NCBI GenBank assembly: GCA_013239625.1
Contig: MU053493.1
Span: 753,793-817,792, forward strand
Origin: Lama guanicoe
Taxonomy: Eukaryota
DNA length: 64,000 nt
Direction of reading: 5' to 3'
In this document: piece after piece, positions 26,821 to 40,500 of the stretch
How positions within the stretch are numbered: the stretch's first letter is position 1
How the letters are laid out: every line of letters starts with the position of its first letter
Translations under genes and position numbers: made by a program
The notes under the pieces: generated by a model
What the model was told of the DNA's origin: nothing
The model's input: the letters and a program-made list of their open reading frames with translations, nothing else
The model's database searches: none

Positions 26821-27529
26821 CAGCTTTACCTCTTCCTTTCTAATCAGGATTCCTTTTATCTCTTTTTTATGTATATTATATTGCCTAAAGACTCCGATTT
26901 GTGCAGAATAAAAATGTCCACTTTTTATTGCAGTATAGTCAGTTTACAACATTAAAATATCAACTTCTGGTGTACATCATGTTTCAGTCATACATATACA
27001 CACATATATTTGTTTTCACATTTTTATACAAAGTAATCACAATTCAGTGAAAAATTTCCACGTGTACCAAAAACAACCAAAAATCCAAGAGAAAAAAAAG
27101 TTAAAAAAAAACCATAGAAAATGCAGATTAAAAATAATCAAATATGGCTGTAAAAAATAATGAATGCAACCAAGAAAATAGATTACAAGATAACAAATTT
27201 TAGCATAAAATGGGAATCAAAAAAAGTCAAATGGAAATTCTGAAGTGAAAAACATAACTGTAATTGAGAATAGATGGGTTAAACAGCATATTGAGTGCAG
27301 CTACGCAAGAAATAGTTCAGTAGAAAATATTCCAATTTGCTCTGAAAGACAAAGAATATAAAAAATAGAATTAAAAGCCACCCTAACAGCATAATTTTAA
27401 CTTAGTCACTTCTTTAGAAACTTATCTCCAATCACAGTCACATTGTGAGGTTCTGGAGGTTGCGGCTTCAACATATAAATCTGAGGTGTGAGGGAGACAC
27501 AATCTAGCCCACAACAAAAATACCAACAA

Positions 27530-28550
27530 AACCAATGAACATAACTGTTTGCCAAATGAATACTATATCTGCATGGAAGGAGGAAGATAAGTAACTTATC
27601 CAAGCAATTTTTGAACTGGTATTAAGACTATGTAACTTCAGTCTTAAGGTGATAAAAACTGTACACAAACATTGAACAAATACTGAATTACAGTTAGTAG
27701 GTTTATTTTTCACAGGCATATGGGCTGGAAAACCTACTTTCTGGGTATTCTAGGATTGAGTAAATGAGTAAACATATTTCGGATAATGAGAGCCAGTTTT
27801 CTCATTTTGCAGAGTGGAGTTATAAATAGGGCAAGAAAGAAGATTGCATAGTGTCAGATTGGTATCTGTAGGAATGAATGGTTCTGAATATATAGACGGA
27901 CATAGATATGTATGTGCATGTATGCGGGTGTACATATATGTATGTTGATATATAGATTTGTCCACTGGGGGATCCCGATAAGCAAAGACACTCCAATAGC
28001 AATGAGTATACACAGCACCCAGATTTGGTTTTTACAATCCATTCTTTCCTTAGAGGAACCAAGTCTCCTTGGAGAAATGGCTGATTCCAGGGCTGAGACA
28101 AGGAAAGCAAAAGATGAGCCTAAACCATCTTGTTATACTGTAACAGACATAAGGGAACACTAAAAAATAATAATAATGACAGGTACATGTCAAAAGGATA
28201 CAGAACCTGGTTTGAATGGACTGCCAAAGCACAGACCTGGATAATTTAAGCGTCACAATCAATAATGATACTAACAGATTCTAACCCATTGACTAAAGTA
28301 AAGTTCCACAAGTTCTTTCAAATATAAATAAGTGGTAAATGAAATAGAAGGGAAAGCTCCTCCTTACAGAAAAAAAAATAATAAATGTAGAAAGAATAAT
28401 ACAGTTATAAAATCTCTATTATGCAGCCACCATTTTTACCATTGGTTTATGCAGGAATCATCACTGAATGCTGTAAGTATTGTATAAAATTTTGATAAAC
28501 AAGAGATTTACATAGCCTCAAAACATTTCCTATAAAATAATTACTAGTTA
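27530..28550 (+). mobile_element. L1MC/MD-like 3'UTR remnant
   Basis: ccaagtctccttggagaaatggctgattccagggctgag-type motif typical of L1MC 3' regions. Confidence 0.5.
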
Positions 28551-29799
28551 CACTTAACACCTTGTGACCATGAACACTTTTATTATTTCTGAAAGATTTC
28601 CTCGCCTTCAAAATGGAAATAATCATCTACTTTTTGCAGTCCCTCTAGGACATAAATATAGGAATAGGTAAAGTGTCTAAAGGTACTGATAGACATTATG
28701 CTAATGTTAATCATTTTTTGTTTCCCCAAAAGGAGCAAAGACCAGCCAACTCTGAGTAATTAGACAGCATTTCAGGAGAAAAATAAAATCAACCTATCTG
28801 TAACTGGGTCATAGTCTCCCTCTCTGGAGAAAGTGTAGAGAAGACAGAGCTGGTAGAGAAGAAAGAAGTCAGACTAGCCTATTTCAGCCAGTCTGGGCTT
28901 CAGGAATAAAGTGAGCATTTCACTCTACTGAGACCATTAGCCCCGTTGTTTTCCTCACGTACCCACCCTAAAAGGTATTTTGCTCTTTCCCACCACAGAA
29001 TCTACTGTAACTGTCACCTCTTAAGACTCAGTTTTTTGGATTAAGCTCTCATGGCCTCCCTCTTTCCTCTCCTTTGTGGTTATGGGATCTCTCCCAAGCC
29101 ACTTTTTCTTTTCTGGGCCAAAAGTTTAGGAAGAGAGCAGACACAGGCGTTCCAAAGTCTTTCTCTTTTCAAACTCTCTAGGTTTTCCCTTTGATTTGTT
29201 GCAAGAGGTCTCAGGCAGAAGAGTCTCCTCTCAGAAAATATTCTTGCTGCCTAGGATGCTTCCTCCTTTTACACTTCCTAGAATATGAATTTTCCCTATG
29301 TGCAGGGGCTGTGTGTGCAGAGACAACGCTGCTTTTGGTGTGCATTTACCCTGAGGACCAAAATTAACTCTCCTTCACTTGCCAAATGACGAGTATTTAC
29401 AAAATAAAGACGCATGGCTCTGGTGAACCTTGGAAACGAATGGTCTGGGCTGGTTCACTGAGGTTTGAGCAAATGGCCTTGGCAGGACCTTCCCAGCAGG
29501 TTTCACCCGCTGCCAGACTTACTGAGTCCTTACAGAAGGGCTGGGTACTCCTGAGGACAATGCCAGTGGTGCTCAAGAAGAGATTCCAGGAATGGAAGTG
29601 GCTGGGAAAGGCTGTGCTTGGGACACAGGTCAGTAGTACACAACCTGGCTTCTAGGAGCTCGATTAATGAGTCAGGTCACAGAATAGTGAAATTAGCCTT
29701 CTGTGAGAAGTAAAGCTCTTAATACGTTGTTGTGAAATTAGCCGTTTGATTTGTCTTCAGTGCTACATTTTTAAAACCTTCTGAACGATGCCAGCTCAC

Positions 29800-30300
29800 A
29801 ATGTTCTCAGGACCCTGGACAGGTCCCAGATGGGTAAGAACGCGAACAGGTAGTTACGCGACCCGCCCAGGGAGCATGCGCAGCTCAGCCTGCGGCCGGG
29901 GGATACCCGCTTCTCGGAGCAAGCGCGCACTGGAAGGTTCGGCTTTCCCAGTCTCTCTTCTCCACTCTGCAACGCCCTCCCTCCATTCTGGCGCCCAGAG
30001 CGCTCGCTACTCCTACGACCCCGGCTCCGAGCCCCGACACTGCCCACGTCATCCTCGGAGGCGGGTCAGCCTACCGCCTAAGACTCAAACATGGCGACCG
30101 GAAGCAGAAATTTTTGCGCGGAGGCTTCCTGGACTACAGTCCCCACAATGCCTTGGGCGCTCTTCCGCTTCCTGTGCCCGCTCCGCCAAGTGTCCGGACT
30201 CCCGGTGTGGGGAGAGGGCGGTGCTGGGACCCGCCGTGCTTCGGCGCTGTCCAGCTAATCTCTGAAGTCCTCTTATTTCATCCTTTGCCGACCTCGAAAA
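29800..30300. promoter_or_regulatory. Orphan CpG island with bidirectional promoter motifs
   Basis: CpG-dense. GC box 29862-29868; NRF1-like GAGCATGCGCA 29872-29882; TGACGTGG (minus) 30044-30051; YY1 AACATGGCG 30088-30096; ETS ACCGGAAG 30097-30104; ZNF143-type GACTACAGTCCCCACAATGCC 30132-30152; opposed ETS cores CTTCCG/CTTCCTG 30162-30174. Confidence 0.8.
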
Positions 30301-31544
30301 GGGAAAAGTGTGTTTATGGTTGCTCAAAAATATTGAGTATGCGTTTATGTTCATACTGTTTATATATTTTTACGTGATTTGCTTGTTTTACTACACGTAT
30401 AAAGTTACAAGTGTACAGCGTTATAATTCGACATCCATATACACCACAAAGTGATCACCACATGTCTAGTTACCATCTGTCACCAAACAGTTGATGCCCT
30501 TTGTTCATTTCGACCACGAATCCCCAGCCACATTACCCTCTGGTGACCACTAACTTTATATATTATATAGTCTTCTTATATCTTTATTTCTTTTAATTTT
30601 ATGGCTTAAGTAACAAGTAATTATTTAATGTTGACTTATTAAAATGATAAGTATGAAATTCTGTTATTTTTGTTGTTGCTGTTGACTTGAAATACCTATT
30701 TGATGTAAATTTACTAATATTATAATTTTTAATAGTTTAATTTTAATATTTTTCTCATTAGCTCTGTGACCTCTTTTTTGGTTTATTTTATATAATACAT
30801 GCTGCTAATATATATCTATAGAAAAATTGAAAATATTTTTCTTAGACAAAATAAAATACATCATCAGTTGTAACAGAGTTGCCTTTTTGTCATCTCTTCC
30901 TAGTTTACTTCTCCAGCAATGATATCTTTCTCCCCGAGGACTGATCTGAGACTTCTAAATCCTGCATTTTTTGTCTTCTGATTACAGAGAGAACTCTAAG
31001 ATACCCTGCTAAGAAACTGAGCAACTGAGCAGTAATAATTACCAAAGTCTAGTTTATGTTGACGAAAAGTACCTCCCCTCAACCCAGTAGTTACTTCTAC
31101 CCACTCTTCTCAACTAAAACTACTGTAATTTTTTTAATCTTCATAAAGGCAACTACATATTGACAAGATATTACCAAACCAAGATCTCAAAGAAACCTAT
31201 GAACCCAGAGACATAAAAGTGAGACTGAATCTACTTTTAACATGAAAATATGCCAGTCCTGAGGCAACAAGGGTGGAAGTGAAAACCCAGGGGCAGCCAG
31301 AGGTGAGACATCTAATAGGAGAATTACTCCATATTGAAATTCCAAAAGTCTAAAGTCACATAATGTATAGGAGTCTAGGATGGCAGCTACTTTTTTTTTA
31401 GCACTTGAATAATATTCTACTGTTTCCTGGTTTCCTTTGTTATTGTGAAACCAGTGGACAATCTAATTGCGACTCTTGTTAGAGTAAAATGTATTTTAAA
31501 GATTTTGGTCTCTGTCTTTGGTTTTCTGATTTAACACTATTAAG

Positions 31545-32105
31545 GGGTGTGCTGTGTTGTTTTATGTGATGATCAGTCAGGCCTGGACACAAGAGGAGAC
31601 ACAGGAGAGGCTCAGGAAAATAAAATGCACTATGCTCACAGGTCCTGGAAATAGGAGGAGCAGCACACCATGAAGGACCATGGGAGAAGCACCAGCAGTG
31701 ACCAGGAGGCAGAAGAGGCAGGAGTAAAGGGAAGATCTAGGACGCAGCCTCATGTGGAGTTTCTGTAGGAAAGGCTGCGCAACTCAGGGTAAACAGTTTA
31801 GGACTAGCTAGTGTAAATAATTTCAGTGGGCTTTAAGCTACAGGGGAGGTCCCTAGTTGCCCAGAACCTGGCAGTTGCACAATTAAGGCAAAGGAATAGT
31901 GCCTCCTGGTTGTAAGGATCATACAGAGCAGGCATGACTCTGGACTGTTAATTTGTACATTAAAAGCCTGCTCCAGGCTGGACCCCATGCCATCTCTGAT
32001 AATTGGCTAACCCTGGAATGGGCAGTTTCTGCCCAGCCAGGAAGATTTTTAAGATTTCAAAACATTATAATACACAGAAAAATTTAAAATATACACAATA
32101 CAAAT
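31545..32105. mobile_element. Solo LTR (MER21/MER76-like) inside an old L1M remnant
   Basis: GC-richer island with gctagtgtaaataatttcagtgggct...ccctagttgcc motif; family uncertain. Confidence 0.4.
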
Positions 32106-33209
32106 GGCGAAGTGTTGATACAAAATTTCTTTTTATCCTGCTTAAGACTTCTTGGGTTTCTTGAATTCTATTAGTTCTGAAATGTTCTCACCATCATCTC
32201 TGCAAATGTCTCTACTGAATCTATCCTCTCCTCTCTTAATGGAACTCTGAGTAAAGATGCTTAGAATGTTGCACCCCATCTTCCATATCTCTTAAATTCC
32301 TTTCCTCTATTTTTAAATCCTTTTTAATCCTTATATTGTATTCTGGATAATTTACCATGACCTATGTTATGTTCTCATTAACTGATTTTCTGATGTGCCG
32401 TGTCCAATCTCCAGCCAAATATGTCCAATGTGTTTTTAATTTGGGTGATTACATGTTTGACATGTAGAGGATGTATGTATCTCCCCCTTTAAATCTTTAA
32501 TCTTTATTTAGGTTCCTAGAAGTTTCAGATTTATTCAAGCTTGCCTTTTAATTCTTTAAATATAGTTTTATTATCTGAGAGTAATGATTCCAACATTGAA
32601 TTATTTGGGAAACTATTTCTACAGATCATCACTCATAATTCCTCATATCTTAGTCTGTTTAATTATCTTTGTGTATTCCTCACTGACTTTGAAAAATTAT
32701 GTCTGAAAATTATCCAAGGCTTAGAATTAAGTTACTTTCCCCAAGGGGGAGCTACCCTATTTCTGCCAATCTCTTCAGGGCACCATCAGTGCAAGATCAC
32801 ATTAAACAGAAACTAGAGCTGAAGCTTTTGTAAGTCACCCATGTGGTCTAATTTTGGGCACGCCTGAGTGAGGTCTTATATATACTTGTAATACCTAAGC
32901 TGTGTTTTTTCTTCTCTAGTAATTATCACCTTCTATTTTGCTCAGTGAAAGGCAACTCTTTCACAGTCATTTGGGTGTAGAGGATGAGAATTGATTTGTT
33001 TTGAATTTCTTTATCTTGTATTTTAGCCTTGAATTCATTAGAAAAACAAACAGTCTGACAAAACATATGGTAGCAGAAAACAGCACACTGTATCCTAAAA
33101 GGACTGAAAAAAGAACTACAAAAATACTACACTGAACAAAAACTCCATAAAAGGATGAGGATGAAATAAAGACATTTTCAGACCCCAAACAAGCAAACAG
33201 AGTAAGTGC

Positions 33210-33600
33210 GTGTTGTGGTAATCCTGCAGAGCAAATGGACTCTCGCTCAAAATTTGGTTAAGATGTCAGGACTGATGGTACCTCACACACTCCAGCAGAA
33301 TATGAAATATTTATTATTTCAGGGTGAGGTTTTCTGGAAAGAGCAGTACAGGCCTCTAGAGCTTGTCTGAAAACATCTTCAGAGAGCAAGGGAAAAAGCC
33401 TGGCTTGAGTTTTCTCAAGCCAGGAGGTAGGGCTTGGGTAAAGGTTCCTGTGTGCTGTTTGAGATCCCACCTGTCAAAGAAGAAAGAGATGGGCTTTCTT
33501 ACCAGCGTGCCCAGATGTCAGACGGGAGGGTGAAGCGCTGTCCCCAGGCAGACATTAAAAGAAAAATCATAGTCAGAACCTTGATGACAGTACATCACCA
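33210..33600. mobile_element. ERV1 LTR (MER31/MER67-like)
   Basis: tgttgtggtaatcc...ctcaaaatttggttaagatgtcaggactgatg...tatgaaatatttatt resembles MER31-group LTR ends. Confidence 0.45.
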
Positions 33601-34686
33601 ACCAACCATGGCTGAAGGAAATTCCAGAACAGCAATAAAAATATCTGATGGGGTTAAAGAAAAGATACCTTAAAAAAAAAAAGACACCAATAGCATGTAA
33701 TGGATTGAGTTGTTCCAAGTTCCTTGTATGATCTAGGAAGAAATTTATTGACTTTAAATCTTGAAAATTTTGGTAACCTCTTGTATAATCATTACAGATA
33801 AAAATTAATAATGTATAAATTATAGGAAATATATTAATATACAAGTATAAAATACATATATAATATATTAATAATGTATAAATTAGAGGAAAAATTGATG
33901 ATTAAACAGTGATCAATCCAAAAAACACAGGTCATAAAGGGAAGAAAAATAAATAGAAACACAGTAGTTTAAAATGAAAATATTAGTTCACAATATGAAT
34001 TGACTAAATGCTTCATGTTTAATGCCCCGAAGAACTTGTTATATTGTACTTTAAAAAATTACAAGCTGCCCATAGCAGACACCTCATATAAAGTCTCAGA
34101 AAAATTAAATATAAAAGAATAGCAAAAGTATACCTCTCAAATGATACTCAAAAGAAAAATGACATCAAGAAGAGGCTTTAATAAATAGACTTGAAGGGAA
34201 AATCAAATTTAAAAAATAGACTTTAAGGCAAAAAGTATGGTAAAAAAAACCCTGTTTCATTATGCTGAAGTATCCAATTCACCCAGAATATGTAAGTAAA
34301 GTAACTATTAATATAGCCTAGCTAACAGAAATATAAGAAAAAATAGAAAGAAAAAACAAATAATAGTGGAATGTTTCAGACATGACCACTTCAACTGATA
34401 AAACAAACAAAAAATTAGTAGAAAATATCAATAAAAATATTAAGCAAGTGAAAATCATTATTACCAAAATTGATTTAATACAAATATAGGAAACACTGCA
34501 ACCATGAACTCTAGGATACATGTTTACCTACATAAATGGACTGTTTAGAAAATGTGACCATATCCTTGGCTTTAAACATCGCCTGAATAAATTGCAGGAG
34601 TCTGAAATCACAGTCAACATGGAAGTAAAGCTGGAAATCAGTTGCATAAAATCAAAACAAATAACAAAAATTAAAATAAAGGAACA

Positions 34687-34880
34687 ATTTTATGGTGACC
34701 AGGAGAAAGAGGGTGCGAAGGGATAAATTTGGGAGTTTAAGGTTTGCAAAAGTTAACCACTATATATAGTAATAGATTGAAAATAAATTTCTTCTGTATA
34801 GACAAGGAACTGTATTTTAATACCTTATAATAACCTTTAATGAAAAAATATGAAAACGTATATATGTATAAATATATATA

Positions 34881-34917
<37 letters not shown>

Positions 34918-34999
34918 ATATACATGACTGGGACAGTGTGCTGTACACCAGAAACTGACACATTGTAACTAATTATAATTCAACTAAAACTAATAAAAT
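34687..34999 (+). mobile_element. Short 5'-truncated L1 3' end with (CA)n, nested in an older L1M
   Basis: L1 3'UTR motifs (ctgtacaccagaaactgacacattgtaac). 14-bp TSD aaaataaaggaaca at 34673-34686 and 35000-35013. (CA)n at ~34884-34912. Confidence 0.85.
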
Positions 35000-35854
35000 A
35001 AAATAAAGGAACATCTCAATGTCACCTTGAGTCAAAGAGGAAACAAAGACTTGAAAGTATTTCATTACTTGAAAGTATTTTGAACTGAGCAATGCTGATT
35101 ACACTGCACATCAGAACTTGTTATAGTTAAAATATATCAACATACCCATATATATCTAAGGGGGAAAAGCCTGAATGGGAATGAGATAAGTCAGTGTCAT
35201 GTCTGATAGCCAACAAACAGCCACGTGAACTTCAAAAAACATGAAAAAAAATAAGTATGAAATCTGGCAATGAGCCTAAACTCCATCTAAGACCCCTGCC
35301 AGAAACAGCGAGTCCACAGCAATTGTGAACATACTGGAAAACGGTCCTAGTCGAGTACAGCATGCAATACAGGGAAGCAACTTGAAAGTTCACACAATTT
35401 GAAATATCTGCCCACGAAAGGTCGTTCCAGGGAAAGAAAAGTCTAAAAGAGAGGAAGAGGCACCCTTTGTGTGCGATTGTGTGGTGAGGGGCACATGAAG
35501 GGTGACATTTTATTACCATGCTAAGACGAGAAAGAAAACTTAGTAACTGGGGCAGACACAAACATCTCCTGCAGACCACCGAAACAAACCCGTAGAACTG
35601 AAGTTTGCTTTCCTGACGGAAGAGGGTGGCATTGAGCTAGGAATCTGTGAGCTAGCAAATATCCACAAAACTAAGAAGAAAGCTTATTAAGTCTTACGGA
35701 GTTATTTAGGTTTAGTACACTTCAACTAGTTGAGAATTCCCCACAATGAAACAATTATGAATCAGAGTAAGATTCTAAAACAGCACTACAGATGGAATAA
35801 AATATATTCAAACAGGTGTTTTTGAATATGAAAAACCACCTTGAATCAGACAAC

Positions 35855-35855
<1 letters not shown>

Positions 35856-35920
<65 letters not shown>

Positions 35921-35936
35921 AAAAAAAAAAAAAAAA
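35856..35936 (+). repeat. Long poly(A) tract, A52-GAG-A26
   Basis: Direct read. Confidence 0.9.
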
Positions 35937-36239
35937 GGAACTAAAATGGGCAGAAATTTGAAGAAACACTAATGTAGGTAATGAAACTCAGAATATAAAG
36001 AAAAAGTAAAATCAGAAGGAGACAAGAGGAATTGACACAAACGAAAATGTAATGGCAGGCACTGAAGAAAGACGAAAACAACTTAGAGAATGAAAGTGAG
36101 ATAAATTTTTTAAATGTCAAAAAAGAGTGGTAGGAATGGAATTTCAGCAAAGGATATTATTCATATAACAAGTACCTGGAAAAGAAAAATAAAACAATGA
36201 AATAACTAGTAAGATCTAATATTTAAAAATATATTGCAA

Positions 36240-36530
36240 GAAATTCATACAGAAGTCATCCTGAATTTACTGGGTTTGTTCCTCCTGAGGTCTCTCTCCT
36301 TAGCTGACAGGTGGCCACCTCTAGCTGTGTCTTCATATGGTCCTTTCTCTGTGCATACACATTCTGGGGGTCATTCTTCTTATAAGAACACCAGACATAT
36401 TGGATTAACATCCTACCATCCCCACCCAATGACCAGATTTAACCTTAATTACTCCTTAAATGCTTTATCTCCAAATACATTCAAATTGGGGGTTAGGGTT
36501 TCACATACAAATTTTTTGGAAGGGAGCTTA
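36240..36530. mobile_element. MLT1 (MaLR) LTR fragment
   Basis: tcttcttataagaacaccagacatattggatt...tttaaccttaattactcc...tctccaaatac MLT1 motifs. Confidence 0.6.
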
Positions 36531-36914
36531 TTCATTCATTTATAGATATTTTGTTTGTTTCCAAAATCTCAATATAATTTCAGTTTAGCAGTAAGAAATT
36601 CAGTCATTTCAACTTCTGCCATCTCTCATAGCTGGGTAAATAGGATTTCCTCAGGACTCATTGCCAGCTGAGGTGAGAGTTAGATCCCTTTGTGACCAGT
36701 AGCCTTAATCTAGTGTCCCATGTTGTAATTCCCCATACTGGTTCTACTTGTATTATTACTTCATTATGGTAAAAGAGATAAGCAAACACAGTAAAAAATT
36801 GTAAATGCAACATGTAACTAAATGAAAAAAAATCTCATCCTTCCTTCCTGCCTCACTCTATATCACAAACATTTTTACTTTTTCTATTTTTGATTATTTT
36901 AATATACCAAAAAT

Positions 36915-37145
36915 GCCTGTACTATATATAAAATAGATAAACAAGGTTCTACTGTTTACCATAGGGAACTATGTTCCATATCTTACAATAGCCTATAATG
37001 AAAAAGAATATGAAAAATGAATATATATGTATGTATGTATGTAAACATATATGTATATTATATATATATATAATATATATATCTGACTCACTATGCTGTA
37101 CACCAGAAACTAACACAGCATTGTAAACTGACTACACTTCAAGTT
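36915..37145 (+). mobile_element. Short L1 3' end
   Basis: atagggaactatgttc...ctatgctgtacaccagaaactaacacagcattgtaaactgactacacttc. Confidence 0.75.
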
Positions 37146-37511
37146 TTTCTTTTTTTTAAAGACTGTTTATGTAGTGAGTTACAGAAAACTGTTAAAACTG
37201 GCTTTTAAAAAATAAAGAAGGTATGGTCTCTGGTAAGTGAAAAACTGAGGTTTGTCTGGATTATGATTTCAGATTAGATGATCAGATTTCTTCCCGTCTT
37301 TTACCCTTTCTCCCCAATGGGATGAAATTCTCTGCTTGGCCAGGCCTGAGTGTAGGCTTTTAGTAAATATTTTTGGAGTGGATGGATGTTACCTGTTGCT
37401 GCACAAAAAATTACCCCAAAACTTAGTGGCTTAAATTAAAACAATACCTATCATTCTAACATTATCTCTCGTTCTAGAAGTTGGCTGGGCTCCACCATAG
37501 AAGTGTTTTTT

Positions 37512-40500
37512 TAATTTTATTTTTTATTTCTTAAACATTTTTTATTAATTTATAATCATTGTACAATATGGTGTCAAATTCCAGTGTACAGCACAATTTT
37601 TCAGTTATACAAGAACATATATATATATATATTCATTGTGACCTTTTTTCCTCTGCGAGCTACCATAAGATATTGTATATATTTCCCTGTGCTATACAGT
37701 ATAATCTTGTTTATTATTCTACAGTTTTGAAATCCCAGTCTATCTCTTCCCACCCCCCGCACCCTTGGCAACCACAAGTTTGTATTCTATGCCTGTGTGT
37801 CTATTTCTGTTTTGTATTAATGCTCTGTATGTTTGTTTTTGTTACTTTAGATTCCACATATGAGTGATCTCATATTGTTATTTTCCTTCTCTTTCTCACT
37901 CAGAATGACATTCTCCAGAAGCATACATGTTGCTCTAAATTGTGTTAAGTTGTCAGTTTTTATAGCTGAATAGTATTCCATTGTATAAATATACCACTAC
38001 TTCTTTATCCAGTCATCCATTGATGGACATTTAGGCTGTCTCCATTTCTTGGACATTGTAAATAGTACTTCTATGAACATTGGGGTGCAGGTGTCATCCT
38101 GAAGTAGGGTTCCTTCTGGATATATGCTCAGGAGAGGGATTCCATGGTCATATGGTAAGTCTATTCCTAGTCTTTTGAGAAATCTCCGAACTGTTTTCCA
38201 CAGTGACTGCACCAAACTGCATTGCCACCAGCAGTGTAGGAGGGTTCCCTTTTCTCCACAGCCTCTCCAGCATTTGTCATTTGTGAATTTTTGAATGATG
38301 GCCATTCTGACTGGTGTGAGGTGATACCTCATTGTAGTTTTGATTTGCATTTCTCTGATAATTAGTGATATTGAGCATTTTTCATGTGCCTATTGATCAT
38401 TTGTATGTCTTTCTTGGAGAATTGCTTGTTTAGGTCTTTTGCCCATTTTTGGATTAGGTTGTTTGGTTGTTTCCTGTTAAGTAGTATGAGCTGCTTATAT
38501 ATTCAGGAGATCAAGCCTTGCCAGTTTCATTTGCAAAAATTTTCTCCCATTCTGTAGGTTGTCCTTTTGTTTTACTTATGGTTTCCTTTGCTGTGCAGAA
38601 GCTTGTAAGCTTCATTACGTCCCATTTGTTTATTCTTGGTTTTATTTCTTCGAGGAGAAAATTTTTGAGATTTATGTCAGATAATCTTTTGCCTATATTT
38701 TCCTCTAGGAGATTTATTGTATCTTGTCTTATGTTTAGGTCTTTGATCCGTTTGAGTTGATTTTTGTGTATGGTGTAAGGGAGTGTTCTAGCTTCCATTC
38801 TTTACCATGTTGTGTCCAAATCATTTGCTGAAGAGACTATCTTTACTCCATTGTATATTCTTGCCTCCTTTGTCAAAGATTAGTTGACCAAAAGTTGGTG
38901 GGTTCATTTCTGGGCTCTCTATTCTGTTCCATTGGTCTATATGTCTGGTTAGTACCAATACCACGCTTTCTTGATGACTGCAGCTCTATAGTATTGTGTG
39001 AAGTCTGAGAGAGTTATTCCTCCAGTCACTTTCTTTCTCTTCAGTAATGCTTTGGCAATTCTAGGTCTTTTGTGTTTCCATGTAAATTTTATTATGATTT
39101 GTTCTAGCTCTGTGAAATATGTCCTAGGTCATTTGATAGGGATTGCATTAAATCTGTAGATTGCCTTGGGCAGTGTGACCATTTTAAGAATGTTGATTCT
39201 TCCAATCCAAGAGCATGGGATATCTTTCCATTTTTTAAAGACTTCTTTTATTTCCCTCATTAATGGTTTCTACTTTTCTGTGTATAATTTTTTCTCCTCC
39301 TTGGTTAGATTAATTTCCAGATAATTTATTACTTTGGGTGCTATTTTAAAGGGGATTGTTTCTTTACTTTCTTTTCCTGTTGATTCATCATTAGTGTAGA
39401 GACATGCAACTGATTTTTGAACATTAATCTTGTAACCTGCTACCTTGTTGAATTCTTCTATCAGCTCTAGGAGTTTTTGTGTGGGCCTTTTAGAGTTTTC
39501 TGTATATAGTAACATGTCATCGGCATATAGTGACACTTTACCCCTTCTTTTCCAATTTGGATCCCTTTTATTTCTCTCACTCGCCTAATTGCTGTGGCTA
39601 GGACTTACAGGACTATGTTGAATAGGAGTGGTGATAGTGGGCATCCTTGTCTTGTCTCAGATTTTAGTGGGAAGTTTTGAGTTTTTCACCACTGAGTACT
39701 ATGCTGGCTGTAGGTTTGTCATCTATAGCTTTTATTATGTTGAGATATGTTCCCTCCATATGCACTTTGGTGAGAGTTTTTATCATAAATTGGTGTTGAA
39801 TTTTATCAAATGCTTTTTCTGCATCAATTGAGATGATCATGTGGTTTTTAGTTTTTGTCCCTTGTTGATGTGATGTATTACATTGATTGATTTGCATATA
39901 TTGCACCACCCTTGTGTCCCTGGGATGAACTCCACTTGGTCATGATGTATAATCTTTTTTATGTGATGTTGGGTTCTATTTGCTAATATTTTCATGAGGA
40001 TTTTTGCATCTATGTTCATCAGTGATATTGGCCTATAATTCTCTTTTTTGGTAGTGTCTTTGCCTCCTGGTTTTGGTTTCAGGGTGATGGTAGCTTCATA
40101 GAATGAGTTTCAGAGTATTCCTTCCTTTTCAATCTTCTGAAAGAGTTTGAGAAGGATTGGTATGAGTTCTTTTTTGTATGTTTGGTAGAATTCCCCAGTG
40201 AAGCCGTCCAATCCTGGATTTTTATTTGTAGGGACGTTTTTTATTGCTATTTCAATTTCATTTCTAGTGATCAGTTTCTTCAAGTGGTCAGTTTCTTCTT
40301 GATTCAGTCTTGGTGAACAGTATGTTCCCAGATACTTGTCCATCTCCTCTAGGTTATCCAGTTTGGTTCCATATAGTTTTTCATAATAGTCTCGTATGAT
40401 ATTCTTTATTTCTATTTTATTTGTTGTAATTTCTTCATTTTCCTTTCTTATTTTGGTAATTTGTGCTCTCTCTTTTTTCTTTTTTGTGAGTTTCACCAGA

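Noticed and set aside
29796..30377. 87-154-aa ORFs in the second CpG island
   Set aside because: Low-complexity Arg/Pro/Gly translations typical of GC-rich non-coding DNA; no recognisable homology.
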